Positions 29,938 to 40,909 of a DNA stretch of 64,000 nucleotides are shown piece by piece. Numbering within the stretch: position 1 is the stretch's first letter; the number at the start of each line of letters is the position of its first letter. The notes below the pieces were generated by a model that saw only the letters and a list, made by a program, of their open reading frames with translations, searched no databases and was not told where the DNA came from. Location: positions 22,878 through 86,877 of the forward strand of contig CANQMP010000002.1 of the NCBI GenBank assembly GCA_947624975.1, read 5' to 3'. The position numbers were made by a program, and so were the translations under genes. Origin of the DNA: Candidatus Gastranaerophilales bacterium (GTDB lineage: Bacteria; Cyanobacteriota; Vampirovibrionia; Gastranaerophilales; Gastranaerophilaceae).

Positions 29938-32900
29938 ATGTGGAAAAAGTTTGGTATAGGGTTAGGTATTTTTGTTATAGCAATTTACGCTTTGTTTTTA
30001 ATAGTACCGTTTTTCCTTACGGGAATTGCAAATGCGTACAGTCCTAAGCTTTCTCAAATGATAGAGGAGATGTCGGGATTTAAAGTTAAATTGGAGAAGA
30101 TAAGCGTTGTTACAACTCCGAAACTCACTGTCGGGGCAAAAGTCGGTCATATTGATGCCGCACTTCCGACGGGCGAAAGCTTTTTTACCGCTGATAACGT
30201 GCAGGGTAAACTTTCTCTGCTCCCCGTTTTAATGAAAAAAATTGAAATTGATATGGTTGGTGCGGATAATGTTAACCTTAATTTGAAGGTTAAAAAAGAC
30301 GGGAAATTCCTCATAGAAGATTATATCCCGAAAAATGAAGAACAAAAAAACGAACAACAACCCGAAAAATTTGAAATGCCTTTCAATATCAAGCTTTCAA
30401 ATAAATTACCAAACATTGTTATAAAGAATTACAATATCACATTTGTTGACATGCCATCCGATAAATCCTATTCAATATACGGAAATAAGGCTTCGGTCAA
30501 AGATTTTGTTCTTAATAAGAAGGTCAAAATCTCGGCGGACGGCAAGTTTATGCTGCAAGATAAGGTTCAATTCAATTATGATGTAAAGCTTTTCAACAAA
30601 GTAATGCCTGATGTTGAATTGAATGATTTGGTATTTAATCCGTCCGAAACGGACGAACAGCCCGCAGAACCTATGAATATCAACGTAATTGATATTTTTA
30701 AAGCTATATATAATAATCAATTAACCGCAGATGTTACGGCAAATGTTTCAACATCGGGAACTTTTGAGGATATGAATTTCAACGGCTTTTGCAATATCTC
30801 AAATTTGGGTATTGCCGTTGACGGAAAAAAGCTTCCCGCAAGTAATGCGGACTTAACATTAAAAGGTAATAAAATTGACTTATATTCAAAACTTTACTCG
30901 GCAGAAAACGAAATAACCGAGATTATAGGTAAATTTAAAACGGGAAAACATCCAAAAATCGCCTTGAACTGCAAATCCAACGCGAAATTTAAAAGCATAA
31001 TCGACTTAATTGACAGTTTGGCACAGTCATTCGGGTATAACGATTTAGCCACTTTGACTGCTACTGGCGGAATTGACGCAGATTTCAGCTTGAAATCGGA
31101 TATGAAAACCGTTCAATCTTCGGGATTTTTGAAAGTTCCCTCTGCATCTTTATCTTACGGACTTTACAACATTGCGATAAATAACATAAATGCAGACATT
31201 GATTTTTCAAATAATATGCTGAATATTAAAAATGCAGGACTTTCAGTGTTAAATCAGCCTTTAAACATAAAAGGAACAATTACTCAAAAGGCTGATGCAA
31301 ATATTTCAGTCAGTGCAAAAAATTTACAGTTGAAAGGATTACTTTTGGCACTCGGTCAAATGTCGCTTTTAAAAGAAAACAATATTTCCAGCGGTGCTTT
31401 AACATTAAATGTCGATGTGAAAGGCAGATTAGATAAAATTCAACCGAGAGTTAATTTAAGTATTGATAACGTCAATGTTAAAAATATTCCGTCAAACACT
31501 TCATTAACGCTTGCAAACGCAGGAGCAAACGTTTACACGGACGGCAAAATAGCGGGCGGAACGGTCAATATTAACAACGCAAAAGTCATAAATCCCGCAG
31601 TGGTGCTTACCGCTCCGAAAGCCGAAATGGTTATCGGCGAAAAAGATATTGATATCAAAAACGCTTACGTTCTCTATGAAAACACGCGAATTGACATTGC
31701 GGGTAAAATTTCCGATTATCTTGCAAAAAATATAAAACTTAATTTAACGGCAAACGGTTTGGGAACAATTAACCTTACGGGAACACTTATTGACGGGGCT
31801 AAAAAGCTTGATTTGAGGTTATTTACAACCAAAACGATTTCAATGGCAATTCCCGGCATGAAAAAGTCGAACCTGAAAGCCGATGCGGATATCTCGATTA
31901 CGGGAGCTTGTGCTAATCCTTATCTGAAAGGAAAAGTTAACATTCCCACGCTCACTATGCCCGATATGGCGATGGCTGTTGAAAACTTGAATATCTTACT
32001 TAACGGTTATATTGCATCAGGCAGCGGAACGCTCAAAAAATTCACCTCAGGCGGAATTGTTGCGGAAAACTTATCCTCCGATTTCAATTTGAAAAACAAC
32101 GTTTTTTATCTGAATAATATTGCAGGCGATGCTTTCTCGGGTAAAATCGGCGGAAATGTTTCTTACAACCTGCAAAACGGTCATATAAAAGTTAATTTTA
32201 AAGGCTCTGATATGGATGCCGAAAAAGCAATAGCAGGTGCGGCTGGTATAAAAAACGCTCTGTCGGGCAAATTGGGCTTTAATGCCGATGTGACTTTGCA
32301 CGGGGCAACCGATGTTGAGATGATAAAAAATCTTAAAGGAAATGTGTCGTTTAATATTGCAGACGGAACTCTGGGAAATATCGGGCGGTTTGAAAACTTT
32401 CTTTTTGCCGATAATATTTCCTCAAATGCGATATTAAAGTCCGCAATGAATTCGATTTCGGCACTTCCCGCAATAAAAAACACCGCCGAATTCAAAACGA
32501 TAAGCGGCGATTTAACTTTTGACAACGGCTGGGCAAGGTTAAACCCCGTAAAAACAACAGGCCCATCCATGGCTTATTACATTACGGGAAGGTATAATAT
32601 CTTGAACGGTACGGCAAATGTCATTGTTTTAGGTCGTTTGTCGGCTGAAATTATAAAATTATTAGGACCTCTCGGAGATTTATCGGTTGATAAATTAACC
32701 TCTTATATCCCGAAATTCGGTGCTTTGACGGGTAATTTGATTAACATGATGACCTCTGATCCAAAATCCGAAAATATTTCGGCAATACCCGCTCTATCTT
32801 CGGGAAATACAAATTATAAAGATTTTAAAGTCGTCTTTAACGGCGGTGTTGAAAGCAGAAGTTCCGTTAAATCTTTCAAATGGCTTTCAAATTGTGATAC

Positions 32901-33087
32901 ATCAGCTATAGACAGCCTAGGAACTCAAATCGACAAAGCGAAAGAAACAGTTCAACAGGCTAAACAACAAGCTGTTCAACAAATAACCGATACCATTCAA
33001 GAACATAAACAAAAAGCTCAAGAGGCTAAACAAAAGTTCCAAGATGCAAAAGAAGGCTTGAAAAATTTAAAAAATCTTTTGAACTAA
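29938..33087 (+). CDS. AsmA-family protein
   Basis: N-terminal TM anchor, long beta-repeat body, AsmA-like C-terminal motifs (LSGKL...GNVSF.I.DG; F..I.GD..FDNG). Confidence 0.75.
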   Translation: MWKKFGIGLGIFVIAIYALFLIVPFFLTGIANAYSPKLSQMIEEMSGFKVKLEKISVVTTPKLTVGAKVGHIDAALPTGESFFTADNVQGKLSLLPVLMKKIEIDMVGADNVNLNLKVKKDGKFLIEDYIPKNEEQKNEQQPEKFEMPFNIKLSNKLPNIVIKNYNITFVDMPSDKSYSIYGNKASVKDFVLNKKVKISADGKFMLQDKVQFNYDVKLFNKVMPDVELNDLVFNPSETDEQPAEPMNINVIDIFKAIYNNQLTADVTANVSTSGTFEDMNFNGFCNISNLGIAVDGKKLPASNADLTLKGNKIDLYSKLYSAENEITEIIGKFKTGKHPKIALNCKSNAKFKSIIDLIDSLAQSFGYNDLATLTATGGIDADFSLKSDMKTVQSSGFLKVPSASLSYGLYNIAINNINADIDFSNNMLNIKNAGLSVLNQPLNIKGTITQKADANISVSAKNLQLKGLLLALGQMSLLKENNISSGALTLNVDVKGRLDKIQPRVNLSIDNVNVKNIPSNTSLTLANAGANVYTDGKIAGGTVNINNAKVINPAVVLTAPKAEMVIGEKDIDIKNAYVLYENTRIDIAGKISDYLAKNIKLNLTANGLGTINLTGTLIDGAKKLDLRLFTTKTISMAIPGMKKSNLKADADISITGACANPYLKGKVNIPTLTMPDMAMAVENLNILLNGYIASGSGTLKKFTSGGIVAENLSSDFNLKNNVFYLNNIAGDAFSGKIGGNVSYNLQNGHIKVNFKGSDMDAEKAIAGAAGIKNALSGKLGFNADVTLHGATDVEMIKNLKGNVSFNIADGTLGNIGRFENFLFADNISSNAILKSAMNSISALPAIKNTAEFKTISGDLTFDNGWARLNPVKTTGPSMAYYITGRYNILNGTANVIVLGRLSAEIIKLLGPLGDLSVDKLTSYIPKFGALTGNLINMMTSDPKSENISAIPALSSGNTNYKDFKVVFNGGVESRSSVKSFKWLSNCDTSAIDSLGTQIDKAKETVQQAKQQAVQQITDTIQEHKQKAQEAKQKFQDAKEGLKNLKNLLN

Positions 33088-33187
33088 AACTTAACAATTA
33101 TTAAAAAATAAATATTAGGCTTGTAATTAAACCTTCACTTGATATAATAAGTGTATAAAGTGTACTTATTATGAAATGAGGGCAGAT

Positions 33188-34576
33188 ATGATTAAACTAA
33201 ACTTTAAAAACACTGATGAAATGGTAATCGGTAAGGAAAACGGATTAAATGTCGAACAGGAATTTTCCGATTACAAAGACACCATTGCACAAATTATTTC
33301 TGATTTAAACAAACGGAAAGACAAACCCGGTCAATGGCTTCAGTGGATGAATTTGGGTTATAATGAAGAAACCCTTTGGTACGTAAAAGAATTTGCATCA
33401 CAAGTTAAAGGCAAATTCGATAACATTTTGGTTTTGGGTATCGGCGGTTCGGCACTCGGCGGAATAGCTGTTACCGAAGCACTTTTGAAACCTTACTGGA
33501 ATTTGTTATCAAAAGAACAGAGAAACGGTATGCCGAGAATTTTCTTCCTTGATAACATCGACCCTGATTCGATTACGGGTCTGTTAAGTATTCTCGATTT
33601 GAAGAAAACACTTGTAAACGTTATTACAAAATCAGGTTCTACCGCCGAAACGATGTCACAGTTCATGATAGTCAAAAATATTCTTGAAAATGAGCTTGGC
33701 ACGGAATACAGAAACAACATCGTCGCTACAACCGATAAGAAAACAGGAATTTTAAGACAAATTTCTGAACAGGAAGGATACAAAACATTTGTTGTTCCCG
33801 ATGATGTCGGCGGAAGATTTTCGGTATTCTCTGCCGTAGGTTTATTGCCTTTTGCACTTGTCGGACTTGATATTGACGAAATTATCAACGGTATAAAAGA
33901 TATGGATTTGGCTTTGAAAAATACCGATATTCACCAAAATATCGCCGCACAAAACGCCTTAATCCATTACCTTATGGACACTAAAAAAGGCAAGAATTTA
34001 TCTGTTATGATGCCTTATTCAAGCCGCTTGAAATATGTTTCTGATTGGTATGTTCAACTTTGGGCGGAATCTTTGGGTAAAAACAAAGACATCGACGGAA
34101 ACGACGTTCACATCGGGCCGACACCGATTAAGGCACTCGGTGCAACGGATCAGCATTCACAAATTCAACTTTACAACGAAGGTCCGAATGACAAAGTTAT
34201 TAACTTTATCAGGGTAGCCGAATTTGATAACACTCTTGAAATTCCGAGTATATTTGAATATACGGGTATTGGTTATCTCGGCGGAAAAACCATTAACCAG
34301 TTGATAAATGCCGAGGCTGATTCAACGAGAGTTGCACTTTCCGATTACAACAGACCGACCGTAACGATTACGCTTGAAAAAGTTGACGGATACAATGTCG
34401 CACAATTACTTTATATGCTTGAAGTTCAAACGGCTATTGCGGGTGAATTGTATCACATTAATACTTTTAATCAGCCGGGTGTTGAACAGGCAAAGAATTA
34501 CACATATGCACTGATGGGCAGAGCAGGATACGAAGAATCCGCTCAGGTTCTTCAGGACAAAATGGCGGCAGTGTAG
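33188..34576 (+). CDS. pgi: Glucose-6-phosphate isomerase
   Basis: LGIGGSALG, TKSGSTAET, VGGRFSV, QLWAESLGK, GATDQHS, FNQPGVE. Confidence 0.96.
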   Translation: MIKLNFKNTDEMVIGKENGLNVEQEFSDYKDTIAQIISDLNKRKDKPGQWLQWMNLGYNEETLWYVKEFASQVKGKFDNILVLGIGGSALGGIAVTEALLKPYWNLLSKEQRNGMPRIFFLDNIDPDSITGLLSILDLKKTLVNVITKSGSTAETMSQFMIVKNILENELGTEYRNNIVATTDKKTGILRQISEQEGYKTFVVPDDVGGRFSVFSAVGLLPFALVGLDIDEIINGIKDMDLALKNTDIHQNIAAQNALIHYLMDTKKGKNLSVMMPYSSRLKYVSDWYVQLWAESLGKNKDIDGNDVHIGPTPIKALGATDQHSQIQLYNEGPNDKVINFIRVAEFDNTLEIPSIFEYTGIGYLGGKTINQLINAEADSTRVALSDYNRPTVTITLEKVDGYNVAQLLYMLEVQTAIAGELYHINTFNQPGVEQAKNYTYALMGRAGYEESAQVLQDKMAAV

Positions 34577-34597
34577 ATGAAATAATAAATTCTCCAT

Positions 34598-34623
34598 AGG
34601 CGGTCGAAAGACCGCTTTTTTAT
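34598..34623 (+). terminator. Intrinsic terminator after pgi
   Basis: GGCGGTC-GAAA-GACCGCT followed by a T-run. Confidence 0.8.
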
Positions 34624-34648
34624 TGCTTGTTTAGGTTTGAATATAAAT

Positions 34649-34851
34649 TTCCCTATCCCCGTCGAATTGACCTTCGTGCGGGAGAGTGTGAGGGTGAGGG
34701 GTCAACTCCCTCCCTTTTTAAGGGAGGGCAGGGGTGGGTTCAATTCTCAGCATGAAACGTAAAAATCAGTCAGTCGTTGCGAAAATTGTTTCACCCATCC
34801 TACTTTTGGAAAATTGTCCGTCATTGCAAGCGAATGCGAAGCAATCCAGCT
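34649..34851. repeat. REP-like mosaic downstream of pilin 2
   Basis: Reverse complement of the 1971-2024 module, a ccctccct..agggaggg hairpin, ttcacccatcctac, and gtcattgcaagcgaatgcgaagcaatccagc abutting the pilin stop codon. Confidence 0.85.
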
Positions 34852-35602
34852 AATTATACGGGTAATCATCAGAAATTTTCCAGCCGTCGAATTGGATTAG
34901 TCCTCCGCAAAAACTTCCTCGGTTTTCCATACAGCCAAATTGTGGGTTAGATACTAAATCTTCTCTTGTTGATTCGGGTATCCAGCCCAAACCAAACATC
35001 CAGTATCCTGATTTTTTAGCTGATTCGGAACCTGCTTTTCTTTGTTCGCCAAAAAAGATTGATGATAGAAATAAGTCATATCCAAGACGGTTTTGTCCTT
35101 TATGCGGACCGTCAATATCTATAACTATATGCATGTGAGGCGAATATAGATCACTACTCCCAAGTCCGCCGGGCTGCAAAATAAGCCCGTATCCTGATGC
35201 GGTTAAGATATAATAAAACGGAGTAAAATTGGTGCTAATTTCCCCAACTCTGGGATCAATAACTCCGGAAAAATTACATTTGCTAAATTCATCTTTAGAA
35301 CAAACTTTTTGTACTTTAAAATATTTTAAAAAATAGTTATCAAGAAAATATTTTGTATTATCTTCCGAATTGTCATAAGGAAATGACCAACTGTCAAGCA
35401 TTCCGTTTTCCGCTTCCGAAAGTTTTATAGCCTGCGAAACTTCGGCATAAGCTTTTTTGAGCCTGTTCACCGTGACGGTTTTCCGATATTTCCCGATAAG
35501 CGTCGGCATGGTCATTGCGGCAACTACACCGATTATTGTGAGGGTGATTAAGACCTCAGCTAATGTAAAGGCTGTTTTAGATTTAACATTTTTTTTATAC
35601 AT
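34850..35602 (-). CDS. Type IV prepilin-like / type II secretion protein (pilin 2, intact)
   Basis: MYKKNVKSKTAFTLAEVLITLTIIGVVAAMTMP; DIDG...NRLGYDLF; C-terminal Cys pair; SD AAGGAGA. Confidence 0.9.
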   Translation of the reverse strand: MYKKNVKSKTAFTLAEVLITLTIIGVVAAMTMPTLIGKYRKTVTVNRLKKAYAEVSQAIKLSEAENGMLDSWSFPYDNSEDNTKYFLDNYFLKYFKVQKVCSKDEFSKCNFSGVIDPRVGEISTNFTPFYYILTASGYGLILQPGGLGSSDLYSPHMHIVIDIDGPHKGQNRLGYDLFLSSIFFGEQRKAGSESAKKSGYWMFGLGWIPESTREDLVSNPQFGCMENRGSFCGGLIQFDGWKISDDYPYN

Positions 35603-35656
35603 GATTTCTCCTTTAAATTACTATTTTTTAATAAATAGTGTAATATTATAGATATT

Positions 35657-35685
35657 ATTATATTTAATATGCATACTTTTGTCAA
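35657..35685 (-). promoter_or_regulatory. Consensus sigma70 promoter of pilin 2
   Basis: TTGACA-17 nt-TATAAT on the minus strand. Confidence 0.8.
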
Positions 35686-35740
35686 TATGTAGTAAAATTA
35701 TGTTGTTTAATTTTTTGTAATAATTTCGTACCATAAGTCT

Positions 35741-36058
35741 ATGACTGATACAAAAAAATATCTCGGTGCAAGAATTCAGGAAATTCGTAAAAGTAAGAAT
35801 ATTAAACAATCCGAACTTGCGGAAATGGTCGGAATTGATCCGAAGCACATGAGCAAAATTGAATGTGGCAGGTGTTTTCCTTCGTTTGAGTTACTTGACA
35901 AAATCGCATTGAAATTAGATATGCCTGTGTCTGTATTTTTGAGTACCGAACATTTACACAGCAGAGAAGAACTTCTTGAAATAATTACGGAAAAGCTTAA
36001 AAGAACATCAGATGAAAAATTTCGTCTTGTATATAAACTCTTAAATGAAATTATTTGA
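35741..36058 (+). CDS. XRE-family helix-turn-helix regulator
   Basis: LGARIQEIRK...QSELAEMVGIDPKHMSKIECGR.FPS. Confidence 0.9.
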   Translation: MTDTKKYLGARIQEIRKSKNIKQSELAEMVGIDPKHMSKIECGRCFPSFELLDKIALKLDMPVSVFLSTEHLHSREELLEIITEKLKRTSDEKFRLVYKLLNEII

Positions 36059-36093
36059 TTTTTTATGAACCTGCGGATTTCGGAATTTCGGCA

Positions 36094-36445
36094 GGGGGGG
36101 GCCTCTCCCTTAAAAAGAGGACTGTCATTGCGAGTGAATATCTCAGCTAATTATTCCGCACGCAGAAAGTAGGATGGGTGAAACGATTATCATTTCACCC
36201 ATCAACCATCTGATATAATATAACCCCTAACCCGAATTTGTAAATTCGCTCTGCTCATTAACAAATTCTTCCCTCTCCCGCAGGGGGAGAGGGAACAAAC
36301 CCACCCCTAGCCCTTCCCTTGAAAAGGGAGGGGGAAAACTACACCCCATCCCTCCCCATCAGGGGAGGAGGAATAACCCACCCTAACCGAAATTTCTAAA
36401 TTCGCCTAGCTCGTAACGAACCTTTCATCTCTCACTTTTCACCCT
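36094..36445. repeat. REP-like mosaic between the XRE gene and RND operon
   Basis: gtcattgcgag, gtaggatgggtg..cacccatc (36169-36203), ccctctcccgcagggggagaggg, and the reverse complement of the 567-942 hairpin block. Confidence 0.85.
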
Positions 36446-36478
36446 TATTAAAAATGATTTCCCTTGCTCATAAACCTA

Positions 36479-36507
36479 TTGACATCATATCCAGTTGATA
36501 ATAAAAT
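36479..36507 (+). promoter_or_regulatory. Putative sigma70 promoter of RND operon
   Basis: TTGACA-17 nt-TAAAAT; SD GGGAGAG before ATG 36536. Confidence 0.65.
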
Positions 36508-36535
36508 TGTTGTAAAAACAACATAGGGAGAGCTA

Positions 36536-37741
36536 ATGAAAAAAAATATCATAATCATATTGTCTGTAATTGTTGCGGCAATACTTATTCGCTACGGAAT
36601 TTCGATTTTCGGTAACATTATGCAGGGTAAAGCCATGAAAAACCGTCCCGCACCTACCGTTTCCGTGCAGGAAATTTCTGAGGAAAGCGTTATCAGAAAC
36701 TTTGAAGCACCGGGCAGAGTCGTTTCAATTTACAGAGTCGATGTTCTTGCTCGTATTTCAGGCTATCTGTTGAAAAGTTATTTTAAAGAAGGCGATACGG
36801 TTAAGGCAGGTCAGGTTTTGTTCCAAATTGAACCCACAGAATACGCCAATGCAGCTAATGCCGCTGCCGCAAACGTTAAAAACCTGCGAGCTCAGCTTGA
36901 TTACGCCGAAAAACAACTCGCACGTGCAGTTGAACTCGTAAAAAAAGATTATATCGCAAAAGCTCAGTACGATCAGATGCTTTCTAACCGAGATGCATTG
37001 AGAGCTCAGCTTTCTGCAGCTCAGGCTCAGTCAAGCGACGCAAACAGAAATTTGGGTTATACAAACGTAAAATCACCCGTTAACGGTAAAGTCGGCATCA
37101 TAAACGTTACTGTCGGAAACTATGTTTCCCCAACATCAGGTGCGTTGACTACAATAAATTCAACCAACCCGATTTATGTGACTTTCCCGATAGATTCAAG
37201 TGATTTTCAACTGCTTGCACACTCCGACGGCGAAGAAAATTCTTCACGTAAAGTCGAACTTCTTTTATCGGGCGGTAAAAAATACAAATTTGACGGTGTT
37301 CAGGACTTTCAGGATAACAAAGTCGACATTTCAACAGGTACGGTCACAATGAGAGCGACTTTCCAAAACCCCAACAACGAACTTATTCACGGCGAGTTTG
37401 TAACGGTTAAACTTTACGCAAATAAGCCGGTTGACGTTCCCGTTGCCCCAGTAACGGCTGTGCTTGAAAATCAGGCGGGTAAGTACGTTTATAAAATTGA
37501 TGAAAACGGTTTGCCCCAGCTTGTTTACGTCAAGACAGGAGAGCAAAACGGTGATAATTGGGTTATTACTGAAGGTTTGAAGAAAGGTGACAAAATTGTA
37601 GTTGACGGTTTGCAAAAAGTTACACCCGGAAAACCTGTTAAAATCGTTTCTCAAGAGGAAATGGACAAAATTAAAAAAGAACAGGTTACGGAAAACAAAA
37701 AAACGGACGAAAAGGCTAAAAAACAACAGGGAAATAACTGA
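36536..37741 (+). CDS. RND efflux periplasmic adaptor (MFP)
   Basis: DVLARISGYL, VKAGQVLFQI, TNVKSPVNG, GTVTMRATF, GL..GD.IVV.GLQK. Confidence 0.93.
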   Translation: MKKNIIIILSVIVAAILIRYGISIFGNIMQGKAMKNRPAPTVSVQEISEESVIRNFEAPGRVVSIYRVDVLARISGYLLKSYFKEGDTVKAGQVLFQIEPTEYANAANAAAANVKNLRAQLDYAEKQLARAVELVKKDYIAKAQYDQMLSNRDALRAQLSAAQAQSSDANRNLGYTNVKSPVNGKVGIINVTVGNYVSPTSGALTTINSTNPIYVTFPIDSSDFQLLAHSDGEENSSRKVELLLSGGKKYKFDGVQDFQDNKVDISTGTVTMRATFQNPNNELIHGEFVTVKLYANKPVDVPVAPVTAVLENQAGKYVYKIDENGLPQLVYVKTGEQNGDNWVITEGLKKGDKIVVDGLQKVTPGKPVKIVSQEEMDKIKKEQVTENKKTDEKAKKQQGNN

Positions 37742-37780
37742 TATTAAATCGTTGATTTAAAACAGGATAAAGGGATAAAA

Positions 37781-40700
37781 ATGTCTAACGAAAAATCGGG
37801 AAATTTATTTATAAAACGACCAAAACTCGCTATAGTAATATCTTTGGCGATAATGCTTGCGGGAATTTTGATGATTAATGCACTTCCGCTGGAAGAATAC
37901 CCTTCGATTACCCCGCCGCAGGTTATAGTTTCGGCAACTTATGCGGGTGCAAGCTCCGATGTAATTGAAGATACAATAGCCGCACCGGTTGAAGCACAGT
38001 TAAACGGGGTTGAGGACATGATTTATATGTCGTCGACTTCTCAAAACGGCTCTTATAAGCTTACGTTGTATTTCAACATCGGTTCAGACCCCGATATGGC
38101 GGTTGTAAACGTGCAAAACCAGTTACAGCTTGTTACGCCCCGTTTGCCCGAAGAAGTTCGGCGTTACGGCTTGTCGGTAAAAAAATCAACGGGCGGTCCT
38201 GGTGTTATGATGATAGCCGTAAACTCACCCACGCACACTTACGATTCTTTGTACATTGCAAACTATGCCTCAATATATATCAAGGATGAATTGGCACGTA
38301 TCAAAGGTGTAGGTCAGGTAATGGTTTTCGGTTCATCGGATTATTCAATGAGAATTTGGCTTGATGCTGCAAAAATGGCAAATTTAGGCGTGTCGGTTTC
38401 AGAGGTTAATGCGGCAATTCAGTCACAGAACACACAAGTTCCAGCTGGAGATTTGGGTGTTGAACCTATGAAAAATAAGCAAATGATAAAGCTTACGATG
38501 AGGACGAAAGGTCGTTTAAAGGATACAAAAGAGTTTGAGGACATAATTATCCGTTCAAAACCCGACGGTTCGCAAATTAGGCTTAAAGATATCGCAAGAA
38601 TCGAACTCGGAGCGGAAAGTTATTCGTACTTTTCACGTATCGGCGGCAGAGATTCGGCAGTTATTTCGGTCAGCCAGCTTCCCGAGGCGAATGCGATTGA
38701 TTTGTCTAACAAAATCAGCAAAAAAATGAAAGAATTGAGTAAAAGTTTTCCGCCCGGAATTGAGTATAAAATTCAGCGTGATGAGACTTTGTTTGTTCGT
38801 GAATCTATCAAAGAGGTTATAAACGCCATCGGGCTTGCGATTGTTCTTGTAGGACTTGTTACATACATGTTTTTGGGCAGCGGTCGTGCCGCATTAATAC
38901 CTTTTGCCGCAATTCCGGTTTCATTAATAGGTGTATTCATTTTCATGAATATTTTCGGATTTTCGATAAACCTTTTAATCTTGTTCGGGTTGGTATTGGC
39001 GGTCGGTTTGGTTGTTGACGATGCTATTGTTGTTCTTGAAAATACGCAAAGACATATTCAGGAAGGCAAAGCTCCGCCCGAGGCAACCGAAATTACCATG
39101 GAAGAAGTTTTTAGTGCCGTTCTGGCAACATCACTGGTTTTGATGGCGGTATTTGTGCCTGTTTCGTTTATGTCGGGAATTACGGGACAAATGTTCAGAC
39201 AGTTCGCACTGTGTATCGCATCTTCTATCGGGCTTTCCACGCTCGTTGCACTTACTCTCGCTCCCGCACTTTGTGCGATGATTTTAAAAAGCGGCGAGGA
39301 CAAAGCTGATTTTGAATTTATCCAAAAATTTGATAATTGGTTTAATAAAGTCAGAGATAAGTACCTTGAAGGTGTAAAAATCTTTATTAACTCTCCGAAA
39401 CTCACATTGAGCGTGTTTACGGTAATTATTTTGTTTATTTCGCTTATGTTTTGGCTAATTCCGAAAGGATTTTTGCCGACGGAAGATAAGGGGGCGGTGT
39501 TTGCTCAAATTCAGCTTCCTGACGGTTCATCGGCATCAAGAACAAATATTGTCGCAACCGAAGTTGAAGAACGCATTTTGAATATTGACGGTGTGGAAAA
39601 CACGATTACGCTTGTCGGTTATTCGGGTGAAAACACTGCTCTTATTGTTGCAGAGCTTAAAGATTGGTCAAAACGTAAGAGCAAAGCACTTTCCATGCAA
39701 ACTATTCTGAAAAAAATTCAAACAGAATTTGCAAACTATCCGTCTGCAACGATTGCGGCATTCTCACCGCCTTCTATTTCGGGTTTGGGTATGTTCGGCG
39801 GATTTGAGTACCAATTACTTGATAAAGGCGACAGATCGCCGCAGGAGCTTTATGATGAAGCGGTAAAACTTATTGCCGAGGCGAATAAAGATTCTTCGTT
39901 CCAGCTTGTTTACACATCGTTCACGGCTAATTTACCGCAGTTGATGATAGTTGTGGATGAGGCAAAAGCTCTTGCGCAAGGCGTTGACATATCCGAAATT
40001 TACTCGGCACTGTCAGGATATTTCGGAAAATCTTATGTAAATGACTTTAACAAATACGGACGTGTTTATCGTGTATATTTGCAGGCTGATTCGGAATTCA
40101 GGGAAAAACCGTCCGATATTGACAAAATATTCGTGAAAAACAGAGCGGGAACGATGGTTCCTTTGTCTGCTGTCGTTACGGTCAAAAACCTTGTCGGGCC
40201 TTACAGTTTGACAAGATTTAACATGTATCCGTCAATTACGATTAACGGTCAGGCACGCAACGGAGTAAGTTCAGGCGATGCAATTTTGGCTATGGAAAAT
40301 ATCTCGGACAGAGTATTACCCAAAGACATGGGTTATGCCTGGTCGGGCAGCTCGTTGCAGGAAAAGGAATCAAGCGGACAAATCGGCCCGATTTTGGCTA
40401 TGTCACTTGTGTTTATTTACTTGTTCCTTGTCGGTTTGTATGAAAGCTGGATGCTACCTATTGCCGTGCTTTTGATTTCGCCTGTTGCATTGGTTGGAGC
40501 GTTGTTGTTCCAATATGTTGCGGGGTATTCGCTTGACTTGTACTCTCAAATCGGGCTTGTAATGCTTATCGGTTTGTCAACCAAGCAGGCAATTTTGATT
40601 ATCGAGTTTGCAAAAGATGCCCATCAAACGGGCATGGAAATTAAAGAAGCTGCCATGCAGGCTGCAAGGCTTAGATTTAGAGCGGTTATGATGACTAATA

Positions 40701-40909
40701 TTGCGTTTATTTTAGGGCTTTTGCCGTTGGTATTCGCAAAAGGTGCCGGTGCGGCAAGCCGTAATTCGGTCGGTATGACCGTGTTTGGCGGAATGATTGC
40801 CGTAGCCTTTATCGGAACTTTCCTCGTTCCGGCTTTTTACGTAATTGTCGAGCAATTAAAGATTTATACTGCCCAAAAAGCAAAACGGCTCAAGAAAAAG
40901 GATGATTAA
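37781..40909 (+). CDS. RND efflux permease (AcrB/HAE1 family)
   Basis: FIKRP, YPSITPP, GLVVDDAIVVLEN, ARLRFRAVMMT. Confidence 0.96.
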   Translation: MSNEKSGNLFIKRPKLAIVISLAIMLAGILMINALPLEEYPSITPPQVIVSATYAGASSDVIEDTIAAPVEAQLNGVEDMIYMSSTSQNGSYKLTLYFNIGSDPDMAVVNVQNQLQLVTPRLPEEVRRYGLSVKKSTGGPGVMMIAVNSPTHTYDSLYIANYASIYIKDELARIKGVGQVMVFGSSDYSMRIWLDAAKMANLGVSVSEVNAAIQSQNTQVPAGDLGVEPMKNKQMIKLTMRTKGRLKDTKEFEDIIIRSKPDGSQIRLKDIARIELGAESYSYFSRIGGRDSAVISVSQLPEANAIDLSNKISKKMKELSKSFPPGIEYKIQRDETLFVRESIKEVINAIGLAIVLVGLVTYMFLGSGRAALIPFAAIPVSLIGVFIFMNIFGFSINLLILFGLVLAVGLVVDDAIVVLENTQRHIQEGKAPPEATEITMEEVFSAVLATSLVLMAVFVPVSFMSGITGQMFRQFALCIASSIGLSTLVALTLAPALCAMILKSGEDKADFEFIQKFDNWFNKVRDKYLEGVKIFINSPKLTLSVFTVIILFISLMFWLIPKGFLPTEDKGAVFAQIQLPDGSSASRTNIVATEVEERILNIDGVENTITLVGYSGENTALIVAELKDWSKRKSKALSMQTILKKIQTEFANYPSATIAAFSPPSISGLGMFGGFEYQLLDKGDRSPQELYDEAVKLIAEANKDSSFQLVYTSFTANLPQLMIVVDEAKALAQGVDISEIYSALSGYFGKSYVNDFNKYGRVYRVYLQADSEFREKPSDIDKIFVKNRAGTMVPLSAVVTVKNLVGPYSLTRFNMYPSITINGQARNGVSSGDAILAMENISDRVLPKDMGYAWSGSSLQEKESSGQIGPILAMSLVFIYLFLVGLYESWMLPIAVLLISPVALVGALLFQYVAGYSLDLYSQIGLVMLIGLSTKQAILIIEFAKDAHQTGMEIKEAAMQAARLRFRAVMMTNIAFILGLLPLVFAKGAGAASRNSVGMTVFGGMIAVAFIGTFLVPAFYVIVEQLKIYTAQKAKRLKKKDD

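Noticed and set aside
33140-33170. AATAAGT-N11-ACTTATT inverted repeat upstream of pgi as an operator
   Set aside because: Short and AT-rich in an AT-rich intergenic region; no second copy noticed.
36065-36172. 35-codon ORF with G8 tract (MNLRISEFRQGG...) resembling a pilin leader remnant
   Set aside because: No SD, it runs straight into repeat modules, and no pilin body follows in any frame I could find.
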